64,000 bases of DNA from Spirochaetia bacterium (GCA_965203515.1 OZ241907.1:1504001-1568000), one strand, 5' to 3'. Numbered from the stretch's first letter, positions 1 through 10,038 are shown. The notes: generated by a model from the letters alone, not told the origin. A program made the numbers and translations.

Positions 1-636
1 GCGCTTGGCGAGCCGCACCTGTTCACCAGCACCAGCCTCTACTTCAACCCGACCGGCGAGCCGCTCGACGGCTTCTGGCACAAGGACGCCATCGGCCCGG
101 AAGCCGACGACCCGCGCGATCACGTCACCGGCAGCGGCCTGCAGGCGCAGGTCGCGCTGGTGCCGAGCGATGACCTGGAGGTCGTCCCCGGATCGCACCT
201 GCGAGACTTCACGGACGCCGAGCGGCGCATCTGCGTCGATGACGGCGGCGCCAACCGGCGCTCCAACGACATGCCCGGAGCGGTCCGCGTCGCGCTGCGG
301 CCAGGGGACGGCGTCCTGTTCAACCAGATCGTGATCCATCGCGGCCGCTACCACCGCGAGCCGCCGCGCCGCACCTTCATGATCAGCTTCCGCAAGCGGC
401 GCGTCACGGCGGCGACGCTGGCGCGCCGCGGGCTCGATCAGTACAGCGATCAGCCGTGGTTCCTGGCTCCCGACTATCTGAACGGCACCGCACCGGAGAC
501 GCGGCGCTACTTCTCCGACTACACCGCCTTCTACGCCGCGCAGTGGCGCAGCCGGCTCGCGGAGATGCTCAAGTACCACCACCTGATCCGGCACCTGCGC
601 GACACCGGCGCCCCGTACCCGTTCGGCGTTCCGTGA
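1..636 (+). CDS. Phytanoyl-CoA dioxygenase (PhyH)-family Fe(II)/2OG oxygenase, 5'-truncated by the window edge
   Basis: Frame 1 is open from base 1 (ALGEPHLFTSTSLYFNP..GFWHKD..LEVVPGSH..LRPGDGVLFNQIVIHRG). WHxD, PGSH and the distal His match PhyH motifs. Confidence 0.8.
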   Translation, partial: ALGEPHLFTSTSLYFNPTGEPLDGFWHKDAIGPEADDPRDHVTGSGLQAQVALVPSDDLEVVPGSHLRDFTDAERRICVDDGGANRRSNDMPGAVRVALRPGDGVLFNQIVIHRGRYHREPPRRTFMISFRKRRVTAATLARRGLDQYSDQPWFLAPDYLNGTAPETRRYFSDYTAFYAAQWRSRLAEMLKYHHLIRHLRDTGAPYPFGVP

Positions 637-1724
637 CGCTGGCCGACGTACGCGACCCGGCATCGCTCCGGTCATGCATGACCGAGCCGTCGCCGGCGCT
701 GGTGGAGGCCGCCGGCCGGCTGCCGGGACGCGTGCTCATCCTGGGCGGCAGCGGCAAGATGGGACCGGAGTTGGCCGCCACGCTGCGCCGGGCCGACCAG
801 GCGGCCGGCGTCGAGCGCGACGTGGTGGTCGCGTCGACCTTCAGCTCGGACGCGACCCGGTCGGACGCGACCCGGTCGGACGCGACCCGGCGGCGCCTGA
901 CCGGGCTGGGGGTGTCGTGCCTGCGGGCCGACCTCACCGATCCCGACCAGATCCGCAGGCTCCCGCACGCGCCGCACGTGATCTACATGCTCGGCTTCAA
1001 GTTCGGCAGCGACGCCGACCACCGACGCGCGTTCCACGTCAACGGCATCGTCCCGTACCTGATCGGCCGCCGCTACGCGCGTTCCCGCATCGTCGTGTTC
1101 TCGTCGACCAACCCGTACGCGATGGTCCCCTGCGGCAGCGACGGCGTCGGCGACGTCGGCGGCGCCATCGCCGGCTCGCGCGAGGAGGACCCGCCCGCGC
1201 CGAGCGGCGTGTACGGCTGGTCGGTCATCGCGCGCGAGTCGGCATTCGCCACCACGGCGCTCGCCGATCCGCAGCAGCGCGTCTGCATTCTGCGGCTGGC
1301 GTACGCCCAGCACCTCTGCTACGGGGTGCTGCGCGACCTGGCCGACATGGTCGCGCGCGGCGATCCGATCTCGCTCGCGGTCCCCGCGGTCAATCTGATC
1401 TCGCAGCGGGACGCGATCGACTACGCGCTGCGCAGCCTGGAGCGCTGCGCCAATCCCGGCTGGACGATCAACGTGGCCGGCCCGGCGTGCCGGGTCACCG
1501 ACCTCATCGCCGGCCTGGGCCGCCGGCTCGAACGCGAGCCGCGGCCGGCGGGCGAACCGGGCGAGCGCGCGCCGATCGCCGACGACCGGCGCTGCCGGCG
1601 CGCGCTCGGCGAACCGCGCGACGGCGTCGAGGCGATGGTCGATGCGGTAGCCGCGTGGGTCCGTCGCGGCGGCGAAAGCTGGGGCAAGCCGACGTGGTTC
1701 GGCAACGTCGAACGTTCCTACTGA
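633..1724 (+). CDS. NAD-dependent epimerase/dehydratase family protein
   Basis: GTG overlaps the upstream TGA (GTGA). Rossmann motif ILGGSGKMG, plus GFKFG, FSSTNPY and YGWS. Confidence 0.8.
   Translation: MTLADVRDPASLRSCMTEPSPALVEAAGRLPGRVLILGGSGKMGPELAATLRRADQAAGVERDVVVASTFSSDATRSDATRSDATRRRLTGLGVSCLRADLTDPDQIRRLPHAPHVIYMLGFKFGSDADHRRAFHVNGIVPYLIGRRYARSRIVVFSSTNPYAMVPCGSDGVGDVGGAIAGSREEDPPAPSGVYGWSVIARESAFATTALADPQQRVCILRLAYAQHLCYGVLRDLADMVARGDPISLAVPAVNLISQRDAIDYALRSLERCANPGWTINVAGPACRVTDLIAGLGRRLEREPRPAGEPGERAPIADDRRCRRALGEPRDGVEAMVDAVAAWVRRGGESWGKPTWFGNVERSY
846..890 (+). repeat. Perfect 15-bp tandem repeat x3 (TCGGACGCGACCCGG, SDATR x3), in frame
   Basis: Units at 846-860, 861-875 and 876-890. 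Confidence 0.95.
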
Positions 1725-1760
1725 TGCCGCCGCCAAGACTGCCGATAATACTTGGTATAC

Positions 1761-2255
1761 ATGGCAACGCAACGAATTCGAGTCGCCGACGAGGTGTGGG
1801 TCGCCACCGCGCTCCTGCACCAACAGAACCCGGAACGGGAGGACTTCACGGTCGCCGAGATCACCGAACGGGCGGCGGAGGAGTCTTCCGGAAGCTCGCG
1901 GCCATTGCGCCCCGGCTTCGTCGTCCACGTCTCCCAGCACTGCGTGGCCAGCAAGGCGCCCAATCCTGGCCGGTACCGGATGCTGATCGAGACCGAACGC
2001 GGCCGCCGCCGGCTGTTCCGCCCCGGCGACCCGTACCATCCCGAACGGAGGGGCGGCAAGGACGTCCCGCGCACGGAGGAGATCCCGTTCGAGTACCGCG
2101 ACCTGATCGGCTGGTACCATGCCGAGTATGTGGGGGCCGCCACCATTCCGATCCCGCCCGACCCGATCCTGTCGCTGCTCGACATCGGCAAGTCGTTGCG
2201 CGCGACCGAGGCCGCCGACACCCTGGTCCGACGCCTCCGGGAAGCCGGCCGATGA
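1761..2255 (+). CDS. Putative antitoxin / DNA-binding protein paired with the downstream PIN toxin
   Basis: 164-aa ORF with an ATGA overlap with the PIN gene. The C-terminus DPILSLLDIGKSL..ADTLVRRLRE resembles VapB toxin-binding tails. Confidence 0.6.
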   Translation: MATQRIRVADEVWVATALLHQQNPEREDFTVAEITERAAEESSGSSRPLRPGFVVHVSQHCVASKAPNPGRYRMLIETERGRRRLFRPGDPYHPERRGGKDVPRTEEIPFEYRDLIGWYHAEYVGAATIPIPPDPILSLLDIGKSLRATEAADTLVRRLREAGR

Positions 2256-2674
2256 GCCGCATCTTCTGGGACACCAACCTGTTCCTGTACCTGCTGCAGA
2301 GCATGGGCGAGCGGTCCCGGCAGACCGCCGAGCTCCGCCGGCGCATGATCGAACGGGGCGACGAGCTGGTCACGTCGGCGCTCACGCTCGGCGAGCTGCT
2401 CGTCCATCCGATCGAGCACCGAAACCGGGCGGTACTGAGCGAGGTCGAACGCGCCATTCCGGCCGGCGCCACCGTGCTGCCGTTCGACGCGCGCGCCGCC
2501 CGCAAATTCGCCGAGATCCGCGCGGAATGGCCGATCTCCGCGTCCGACGCGATCCAGCTCGCCTGCGCGTCGGTGGCCAACTGCGACCTGTTCGTCACCA
2601 ACGACGACCGGCTGAACCGTACCAACGTGCCGGGGGTCCACTTCATCCAGTCGCTGCACCGGACGGTGCTGTGA
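2252..2674 (+). CDS. vapC: VapC-family PIN-domain ribonuclease toxin
   Basis: MSRIFWDTNLF..SALTLGELLV..SDAIQLACA..FVTNDD; the four acidic PIN residues are present. Confidence 0.9.
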   Translation: MSRIFWDTNLFLYLLQSMGERSRQTAELRRRMIERGDELVTSALTLGELLVHPIEHRNRAVLSEVERAIPAGATVLPFDARAARKFAEIRAEWPISASDAIQLACASVANCDLFVTNDDRLNRTNVPGVHFIQSLHRTVL

Positions 2675-2699
2675 GGCGGATGACACCGGGAGAGAGACG

Positions 2700-4319
2700 A
2701 TGAGCACGATTCTGGGAGCGGCGCGCGCGTGGTCGTGCGCCGGCGGCGCGTGGCAGGCCGGCGCCGACGGTGCGATGGCCCCGGCCGACGCCTTCGACGC
2801 CAACACCGAATCCGGCATGCAGGGGTGTCGGTTCGCCTTCGCCGCCGACACCGCGTACGGAGATTTTCGCGCCGCCTTGCAGGTGCGCCACGAGACCGCC
2901 CACAGCGACGTGGGGTTGATCTTCGGCGCCCGCAGCGCCTGCGACTTCTCCCTGCTGCACTTCCCGTGCTGCGGCCAGGGCTACCGGGCGCAGCACTTCT
3001 GGACGGCGCTGTCGCGCATGGACGCGGACGGGTTCCTCCGCATCGACCGGCTCGCCATGGTGAATCGGGTCGAATCCGGGACCCGCATCTGGCACGACGT
3101 CGAGGTCGAGGTGCGCGGCGGCGCCCTGCGCGCGCGCATCGACGGCCGCGGCGTCTTCGAGCACCACGGTCTGCGGGCGCGCGCCGGTCGTCTGGGGCTC
3201 TTCGTGTTCGGCCGAGCCGGCGTGCGGGCCGTGCGCATCGACGGGGCGCCGGCCGCAGTCCCGGACTGGGACGATGGGCCGGAGCAGCCGACCAACTGGT
3301 TCCATCCGGTCGGCGATGCCGGGCGGGGCGTATGGCAGAAGCCGCAGACCCTGCTGCGCGCCGCCGGCGGCGAGCTGGCGCTCACCTTCAACGCGAGCGA
3401 ACCGGGGCCGTCCGGCGTCACCAGCCACCTGCTGACTCGCTCCGCCGACGACGGCAGGACGTGGAGCGCGCCCGAGGCGACCGGCACCGCCGAAGGAGAT
3501 CCGTGGACGGTGCGCGGCACGCTGCACCGCTTCCCGGACGGCCGCGTGCGCAAGCTCTCCATCGACCGGGACGGGACGTTCGCCCTGCACGAGGCGTCCG
3601 ACGACCTCCGCACCATCGGCCCGCCCCGGCGGCTCGATCTGGGACCCGCGCCGGACGGCATGACCGGTCTGCACATGGGTCCCCAGGTGTTCGCCAACCT
3701 CGACGACGGCGCCGTGGTGATGTTCCTGTACGGCGGCCACGAGTCCGGCCCCGGCCACGAACGCATCCATACCTGGGGAGCCGCCCACTGCCGCGCCTTC
3801 ACCTGCCGATCGACCGATAACGGCGCTACCTGGTCGCCTCTCGTCAACATCGACCACGCCGTCGACGGCAGGCGCGCGCCGGTCGACGGCTCCCTCGACC
3901 TCACCGAGGTGTGCGGCGCGGAGACCGGCGGCGGCACGATGGTCGCGCTGATCCGCCCGATCTACTCGCCGTGGATGTGGGAGACGTGGTCACGGGACGG
4001 CGGCCTCACCTGGAGCCCGTGCATGCGCGGGCCGTTTCCGGGCTACGCGACGCCCAACATGCTGAAGACCCGCTCCGGCGTCCTGCTGGTCGCCCACCGG
4101 CTGCCGATGCTGACCGTGCACGCCAGCTTCGACGCCGGCGCGAGCTGGCAGGGATCGATCATCGACAGCTCGATCTGGGTCATGGGATCGATGCTCGAAG
4201 TGCGGCCCGATCTGGTGCTGTACGTCTACTACGACAGCTTCGAGTCGCGGATGCGCGCGCAGTACCTGAGCGTCGCCGGCGGCGAACTGGCGCCGGTCCG
4301 CCGCGACGCGATCGACTGA
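2700..4319 (+). CDS. BNR/Asp-box sialidase-like protein with an N-terminal lectin-like beta-sandwich
   Basis: Asp boxes SADDGRTW, STDNGATW, SRDGGLTW and SFDAGASW. Confidence 0.75.
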   Translation: MSTILGAARAWSCAGGAWQAGADGAMAPADAFDANTESGMQGCRFAFAADTAYGDFRAALQVRHETAHSDVGLIFGARSACDFSLLHFPCCGQGYRAQHFWTALSRMDADGFLRIDRLAMVNRVESGTRIWHDVEVEVRGGALRARIDGRGVFEHHGLRARAGRLGLFVFGRAGVRAVRIDGAPAAVPDWDDGPEQPTNWFHPVGDAGRGVWQKPQTLLRAAGGELALTFNASEPGPSGVTSHLLTRSADDGRTWSAPEATGTAEGDPWTVRGTLHRFPDGRVRKLSIDRDGTFALHEASDDLRTIGPPRRLDLGPAPDGMTGLHMGPQVFANLDDGAVVMFLYGGHESGPGHERIHTWGAAHCRAFTCRSTDNGATWSPLVNIDHAVDGRRAPVDGSLDLTEVCGAETGGGTMVALIRPIYSPWMWETWSRDGGLTWSPCMRGPFPGYATPNMLKTRSGVLLVAHRLPMLTVHASFDAGASWQGSIIDSSIWVMGSMLEVRPDLVLYVYYDSFESRMRAQYLSVAGGELAPVRRDAID

Positions 4320-4354
4320 CCGGTCACCCGGTCGACCGCTGACGCCCGCCACCG

Positions 4355-4415
4355 AAAAACGGGCCGCCGGCTGCGCTCGGTGGCGTCGCGCCACCGCCGG
4401 CAGCGGGCGGCCCGT
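4355..4415 (-). terminator. Long GC-rich hairpin with T-tract; likely intrinsic terminator of the SBP gene
   Basis: ACGGGCCGCC(4359-68)/GGCGGCCCGT(4406-15), GCTGC/GCAGC and CGGTGGCG/CGCCACCG pair. A5 at 4355-59 reads as a T-tract on the minus strand. It lies between convergent genes. Confidence 0.75.
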
Positions 4416-4433
4416 GCGGTTCCGGTTCGGCCG

Positions 4434-4477
4434 CAGGTCTCTACCTGTCAGGTATCTACCTGGCAGGTCTCTACCTG
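4434..4477. repeat. Three tandem 14-bp palindromes CAGGT-N4-ACCTG with a 15-bp period
   Basis: Units at 4434-47, 4449-62 and 4464-77. The last unit contains the SBP stop codon. Confidence 0.9.
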
Positions 4478-6123
4478 GAGGACGCGGTCTTGTACAGGTC
4501 GACCAGCTCCCCGGCCCCCAGCTCGCGTATCTCTGCCTGGAAGGCGGCGAACTCGCTCAGCGGGCGCTGGCCGGTGATGAACAGGATCGACTGCTCCTGC
4601 GCGTAGGTGTCCAGCGCCGTCTTCAGTTGCGCCTCGCGGTCGGCCTCTTCGGCGGTGAAGTTGAAGATCGGCTCCGGCCGTTGCGGCGTGGAGCCGTCGG
4701 CCACGTACTGGCGCGCCTCGTCTTCGAACTGCTGGTAGTCCGGGTCGCTCTCGATCGTCATGTTCGCTTCCATGCGCGGGTTGTCGATGCCGACGATCTC
4801 TACGTTGGCCAGGCTGGTGCGCACGCCGAACTGCTGCTCGAACCACGCCGCGTCGCTCAACGTCCCCTGCGGGTTGTAGGGGGTCTTGATCTCCGGCGTG
4901 AGCCACCGGTACTTGCCGTCGACGATGTCCCAGTATTCGCCGGGCGGGCCGAAGAAGACGCTGTAGCTGTTCTTCTCCACCGTCATGAAGTTCATCAGCG
5001 CCATGATCTCCGGGATGTAGTCGGACTGCGCGGAGATCAGCTTGACGTAACCGTAGTTGCCGTACGGCATGCGGTTGGTCGACCGCGCGCGGGGCCCGCC
5101 TTCGACCAGGCTGGGGATGCGCAGCGCGCTGAACGTCCACTCCTTGCCGGGGCCGTAGTCCGGCAGATTGAACTGCGTCACCGGGCTGAACCAGTTGCCC
5201 GACGCCGACCACCACCAGGTGAAGAACGACTCGTCGTTGGCCAGCGACTGGCTCCACTGGTCGTAGCTCATGGTGAAGGTGTCGGGATGCAGCAGCTCCT
5301 CCGCCCACAACCGTCGGAAGTAATCCAGGAAATACTCGTACTCGGCGTCGAGCGGGCCGTACTGCCAGTCGCGGTTGGTATGGTTGAAGTAGATGCTCTC
5401 ATCGGTGTTGAAGTTGGCCGACGCCATGAACAGCAGCACCGAACGGTCGCCGGTCTGCCACGCGTTGACCGGATAGGAGTCCGGAAACTCCGCCTTCAAG
5501 GTCTTGAACGCCTCGTACAGATCCTCCCAGGTGTCGCGCGGCAGGTCCATCTTCTCCCACAGATCCTCCCGGTACGCCAAGCTGAGCGAGAACGGAATCG
5601 GATCGGCGTTGTAGACGGCGAAGCCGTACTTCTTGCCGTCCTTGGTGATCATGTTGCGCAACGGCTCGACCTCGTCGATCAGCTCCATGTAGTTGGGGAT
5701 CAGGTGCGCGTAGTCCAGGATGTTGACGAAGAATCCCTTGTCACCGTGGGAGTCGAGATCCGCCTTGGTGAGGTTCGCCGCGCCCGGGTTGAAGATGTCC
5801 GGCAGGTCGCCGGTGGCCAGCATCACCTGATACTTCGCCTCGATCTCGCCCGGCGGTATCTGGATGTCGTTGATGTGGATGTTGGTCTGGTCCTCCAGCC
5901 AGACGAAGCCGGGGTGGCCGTCGTCGGCGAAGGCGTAGTGGCCGATCGTGGTGTGCTCGGCCAGGGAATAGTCGACGGTGATCTTCTCCGGGAGCGGGAA
6001 GGTGATCTGCTCCGGCATGGAGCCCGCCTCCGCCGCTTCCTCCTGGCCGGCTCCCCAGGCCAGCCCTCCTGCCAACAGCAGCGCGCCCAGCGCGGCCAGC
6101 ATACGTGCGAGATGTCGTGTCAT
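4471..6123 (-). CDS. Carbohydrate ABC transporter extracellular solute-binding protein (LplA-like)
   Basis: GAGGAG RBS, signal peptide MTRHLARMLAALGALLLAGGLAWGAGQEE, LATGDLPDIF, and C-terminal FITGQRPLSEF..ELGA. Confidence 0.9.
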   Translation of the reverse strand: MTRHLARMLAALGALLLAGGLAWGAGQEEAAEAGSMPEQITFPLPEKITVDYSLAEHTTIGHYAFADDGHPGFVWLEDQTNIHINDIQIPPGEIEAKYQVMLATGDLPDIFNPGAANLTKADLDSHGDKGFFVNILDYAHLIPNYMELIDEVEPLRNMITKDGKKYGFAVYNADPIPFSLSLAYREDLWEKMDLPRDTWEDLYEAFKTLKAEFPDSYPVNAWQTGDRSVLLFMASANFNTDESIYFNHTNRDWQYGPLDAEYEYFLDYFRRLWAEELLHPDTFTMSYDQWSQSLANDESFFTWWWSASGNWFSPVTQFNLPDYGPGKEWTFSALRIPSLVEGGPRARSTNRMPYGNYGYVKLISAQSDYIPEIMALMNFMTVEKNSYSVFFGPPGEYWDIVDGKYRWLTPEIKTPYNPQGTLSDAAWFEQQFGVRTSLANVEIVGIDNPRMEANMTIESDPDYQQFEDEARQYVADGSTPQRPEPIFNFTAEEADREAQLKTALDTYAQEQSILFITGQRPLSEFAAFQAEIRELGAGELVDLYKTASSR

Positions 6124-6160
6124 GGTAGTCCTCCTCACGGGAAGGCGCGGCGCCTCCCGT

Positions 6161-6189
6161 TTGACTAAACTGCGCAGCCAGTGTACCAC
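6161..6189 (+). promoter_or_regulatory. Sigma70-like promoter TTGACT-17-TACCAC, 6 nt before the ATG at 6196 (leaderless)
   Basis: Read directly from the sequence; no SD sequence in front of the ATG. Confidence 0.55.
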
Positions 6190-6195
6190 CGTGCC

Positions 6196-7143
6196 ATGCG
6201 GGTGTCTACGACCGCGCCGGCCGGCGCGCGCCGCGGCAGGGTGGCGCAGATCGTCCACGACTTCCCGCGCCAGAAGAGCCTGTACCTCATGACCGCCGTG
6301 GGCGTGGGGCTGATCGTGATCTTTCAGTACCTGCCGGTCTACGGCATGCAGGTCGCCTTCAAGCGCTTCAACCCCATAGACGGCATCTGGGGCAGTCCCT
6401 GGATCGGTCTGGACAACTTCACCGCGTTCCTCACCGGCCCGTACGCCGCGCGCCTGATCAGGAACACGATGCTCCTGGGGTTCCTGTCGATCGTGTGGGG
6501 ATTCTGGCCGCCGGTCGTGCTGGCGCTGCTGCTCAACGAGCTGCGCCTGCCGACCTACAAGCGCGTGGTGCAGACGATCAGCTACCTGCCGCACTTCATC
6601 GCCATGGTGATCATCATCGGCATGATGAAGGAGTTCTTCTCCTACGACGGCATCGTCAACCGCATCGCGGCCAGCCTGAACGGCGGGGTGACCAACTTCT
6701 TCATGGAGCCGGGCTGGTTCCGGCCGCTCTACATCGGTTCGGCCGTATGGCAGGGGGTCGGCTTCGGATCGATCCTCTACCTGGCCAGACTGGCCGGCAT
6801 CAATCCCGAGCTCTATGAGAACGCGGCCTGCGAGGGCGCCAACCGCTGGCAGCTCGCCTGGCACGTCACGCTGCCGGAGCTGCTGCCGATCATGATGATC
6901 CTGCTGATCTTCAGCGCCACCGGCCTGGTCGACGTCAGCTTCGAAAAGGTGTACCTGATGCAGAATCCGGGCATCTACGAGACCTCCGACGTCATTCAGA
7001 CCTACGTGTACCGCGTGGGACTGGCCGGCGGCCAGATCGGTTACGGCAGCGCCGTCGGCGTGCTCAACTCGGCGGTATCGCTGATCTTCCTGGCCGCCGT
7101 GAATTACATCGCCCGCCGGATGACCGGCTACAGTCTGTGGTAG
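6196..7143 (+). CDS. Carbohydrate ABC transporter permease (LplB-like)
   Basis: YLPHFI, GINPELYENAACEGANRWQ (EAA loop), DVIQTYVYRVGL; multiple TM segments. Confidence 0.9.
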   Translation: MRVSTTAPAGARRGRVAQIVHDFPRQKSLYLMTAVGVGLIVIFQYLPVYGMQVAFKRFNPIDGIWGSPWIGLDNFTAFLTGPYAARLIRNTMLLGFLSIVWGFWPPVVLALLLNELRLPTYKRVVQTISYLPHFIAMVIIIGMMKEFFSYDGIVNRIAASLNGGVTNFFMEPGWFRPLYIGSAVWQGVGFGSILYLARLAGINPELYENAACEGANRWQLAWHVTLPELLPIMMILLIFSATGLVDVSFEKVYLMQNPGIYETSDVIQTYVYRVGLAGGQIGYGSAVGVLNSAVSLIFLAAVNYIARRMTGYSLW

Positions 7144-7156
7144 CGGCCTCGGCGTC

Positions 7157-8044
7157 ATGACGGCACGGCACAACTGGTTCGACGTCCTCAACGTCATCTT
7201 CCTGTTCGCCTTCGCGCTGCTGATGCTGTTCCCGTTCTATCACGTGTTCGCGCTCTCCACCAGCAGCGGCCCCGGTCTGGCGACCGGCAACGCCAACTAC
7301 ATCCCGGTCGGCTTCAACATCGACGCGTACCGGATGGTGGTGCAGAATCCCGAACTGCTGGGCGCCTATTACAACTCGATCCGCTACGCGGCGGTCGGCA
7401 CGCTGATCTACATACTGGCCACCTCGCTGGTGGCGTACCCGCTCACCATCCGCGGCTTCTGGCTCAACAAGCCGGCCACCATGGTCTACATCCTCACGAT
7501 GTTCATCTCCGGCGGCCTGATCCCGACCTACCTGCTCTATCGGACGCTCGGGCTGCTCAACACGATCTGGGTCATGGTGCTGCCGGGGGCGGTCACCGTG
7601 TTCGGCGTCATCCTGTTCAGAACCAATTTCCGGCTGCTGGGCAGCGAGCTGCGCGAAGCCGCCTACATGGACGGGGCCGGCGACTTCCGCGTGCTGTTCC
7701 GCATCGTCATGCCGCTCTCCAAGCCGGTCATCGCCACCTTGGCGCTGTTCCGCATCGTCGAGATCTGGAATGACTTCCGCACGCCGTTCATCTTCCTGGA
7801 CGACGAGCGCCTGCAGCCTTTGACGATCCTGCTGCGGCGCATGCTGATCACGCTGGAGATCACCGACATCAGCCGCGACCGCAGCCTGCAGGACCTGCTG
7901 CTGGAGGTGGAGCGCGACCCGGTGCCGATCCAGGCGTTCCGCGCCGCCACGATCATGGTGACCACGCTGCCGATCATGCTGGTCTACCCGTTCATCCAGC
8001 GTTACTTCGTCAAGGGCATCCTGATCGGCTCCCTCAAGCAGTAG
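7157..8044 (+). CDS. Carbohydrate ABC transporter permease (LplC-like)
   Basis: SGGLIPTYL, ELREAAYMDGA, and C-terminal YPFIQRYFVKGILIGSLK. Confidence 0.9.
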   Translation: MTARHNWFDVLNVIFLFAFALLMLFPFYHVFALSTSSGPGLATGNANYIPVGFNIDAYRMVVQNPELLGAYYNSIRYAAVGTLIYILATSLVAYPLTIRGFWLNKPATMVYILTMFISGGLIPTYLLYRTLGLLNTIWVMVLPGAVTVFGVILFRTNFRLLGSELREAAYMDGAGDFRVLFRIVMPLSKPVIATLALFRIVEIWNDFRTPFIFLDDERLQPLTILLRRMLITLEITDISRDRSLQDLLLEVERDPVPIQAFRAATIMVTTLPIMLVYPFIQRYFVKGILIGSLKQ

Positions 8045-8049
8045 CGAAG

Positions 8050-10038
8050 ATGGCGCCCCCTCACCCCGCGATCTTCCTGGGCGCCGAGCCCGCACCGGGC
8101 CGCCGGTCGTTGGACCAGCTCCGCGCCGCGATCGCCAGCGACTTCGGAGGGCGTCTCTGGAGGCGGGTCCATCAGGGGGCGCAGGACGCCGTCGGCACCG
8201 ATCCGCTGCTGCCCGGCACGGCGCTTCCCGGCCGCCCGGCCGAGCAGATCGAGCACGCCAACGCGGACAACTCGATCTGCCAGGCGGTGGTGCGCCGGCT
8301 GCTGCGCGCCGCGCTGGTGTTCCTGCTCACCGGACAGGAGCGCTTCCGCCAGGACGCGCTGGCGCAGATGGAAGCGCTGTTCGACCCAAAGCGCTGGCCG
8401 CAGTGGCTGGACTTCGCTCACGAGATGTTCAGGGCCGATCTCCGCACCGGCCAGCTCGGCGCGGCCGTGGCGTTGACCTACGACTGGCTGTACCCGCAGC
8501 TGAGCGCGGCCGAGCGGGCGGCGATCGTCGAAGGGCTCGACCGGTGCGCCATCCGCCCCTACCTGGCCACCGCCAGGACCGGGCCGCACTGGCTCACGCG
8601 GCCGAGCAACTGGATGACGGTCGTGGTCGGCGGGCTCGGCATCGCCGGGATGGTGCTCGGCGCCGACCACGACCGATCCGATCTCCTGGTGGAGATGGCG
8701 CAGCCGCGCATGCAGCGCTACCTGAGCGTCATCGGGCCGCACGGCGAGTTCAACGAATCGGTGGGCTACGCCTCCTCCCTGCACTATCCGGTCCGGTACT
8801 TCGCCGCGCGCTGCGCGGTCACCGGCGGTCAGGAGGACCGGCTGGCCGGCCGGCCGTTTCCGCACGCGTGCCGCTGGCTGATGCATGCCACCGCGCCGCC
8901 GGGACACACCGTCCCGTTCGGCGACTCCCACCGGCAGGCGCCGCTCTCGATCGGCTACTTCGCGCCGGTCGCCGCGGCGGCCCGCGACCGGATGCTGCAG
9001 TGGTTCCTGGAGACCTACGGGATCGTCCGCGATCCGGCCGACCTCTCGCACGTCGACGCGCTCGATCTGCTGTGGTACGACCCGACGCTGGCCGCCGCGC
9101 CGCCCGACGGAGCCGCCGACGGCCAGGACCGGCTCCCGCTCGGCGCCGCCTTCCCCGGCTGGGGCGGCCTGGTGGCCAGCCGCTCGAGCTGGACCGACGC
9201 GGACGCCGTGGCCGTGCACGGCAAGGCCGGCCGCGAGCCGATTCACGAGCACCTGGACGACGGCCAGCTCATCGTCCACGCCGGCGGCGCGCCGCTGATC
9301 GTCGATCCGGGCTCTCCGTCGTCCTATCCGGCCGACTTCTTCGGCGAGCACCGGGCGCGCTACTACAACGCCGGCGTCGCCGGCCACAACCTGCTGCAGA
9401 TCGGCGGGCGAGAGATGCGGATCGAGAAGCCGCGCGCCGGCAGCTTCCTGCACGCCGCCTTCGGCGAGCACGGCGCCGCGTGGTCGATCGACCTGACCGG
9501 CGCCTACCGCGGCGTGCTGCGGGTGACCAGGAGCGTGATCCATCTGCTCCCCGACCTGGTGGCGGTCCTCGATGCATGCGATCTGGCGAGCGCCGAGCCG
9601 GTGATCTTGCGCTGGCACACCGCCGACCGCGCCGCGATCGACGCCGCCGGCAGCTTCCGCGTGGAGGCGGCCGGCCCGCGCGGCCCGGTCCGCCTGTTCG
9701 GGCAGATATGCCCGCTGTCGGGCGCCACCGCCGCGTTCCGGCGGGGCGAGCACCGGTACCGCCCGCCGTACGATCGCACCCGGCTCGACGAACCGTTGGA
9801 GCAGCGCCGCGAGAGCTTCGTGGCCGCCGAGACGCGCGCGAGCCGCTGCCGGCTGCTGACGCTGTTCGCCGTCGCCGGCCCCGGCGCCGCGCCGCCCGAC
9901 TGGCCGCCGGAGCGCGCCGGCGACACGTGGCAGGTGCCGGTCGCCGGCGGCATCGCCGCCGTCAGCGTGGATGCGGAGGCGCTGACCGCCTCCGCCGCCG
10001 GCCGCACGGTGCGGCTGCCGTTGGCCGTATCCGTATGA
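8050..10038 (+). CDS. Heparinase II/III-like polysaccharide lyase
   Basis: Helical N-domain (ALTYDWLY, SNW, EFNESVGY), then PFGDS, HEHLDDG, LIVDPG and GHNLL, typical of Hepar_II_III proteins. Confidence 0.7.
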   Translation: MAPPHPAIFLGAEPAPGRRSLDQLRAAIASDFGGRLWRRVHQGAQDAVGTDPLLPGTALPGRPAEQIEHANADNSICQAVVRRLLRAALVFLLTGQERFRQDALAQMEALFDPKRWPQWLDFAHEMFRADLRTGQLGAAVALTYDWLYPQLSAAERAAIVEGLDRCAIRPYLATARTGPHWLTRPSNWMTVVVGGLGIAGMVLGADHDRSDLLVEMAQPRMQRYLSVIGPHGEFNESVGYASSLHYPVRYFAARCAVTGGQEDRLAGRPFPHACRWLMHATAPPGHTVPFGDSHRQAPLSIGYFAPVAAAARDRMLQWFLETYGIVRDPADLSHVDALDLLWYDPTLAAAPPDGAADGQDRLPLGAAFPGWGGLVASRSSWTDADAVAVHGKAGREPIHEHLDDGQLIVHAGGAPLIVDPGSPSSYPADFFGEHRARYYNAGVAGHNLLQIGGREMRIEKPRAGSFLHAAFGEHGAAWSIDLTGAYRGVLRVTRSVIHLLPDLVAVLDACDLASAEPVILRWHTADRAAIDAAGSFRVEAAGPRGPVRLFGQICPLSGATAAFRRGEHRYRPPYDRTRLDEPLEQRRESFVAAETRASRCRLLTLFAVAGPGAAPPDWPPERAGDTWQVPVAGGIAAVSVDAEALTASAAGRTVRLPLAVSV

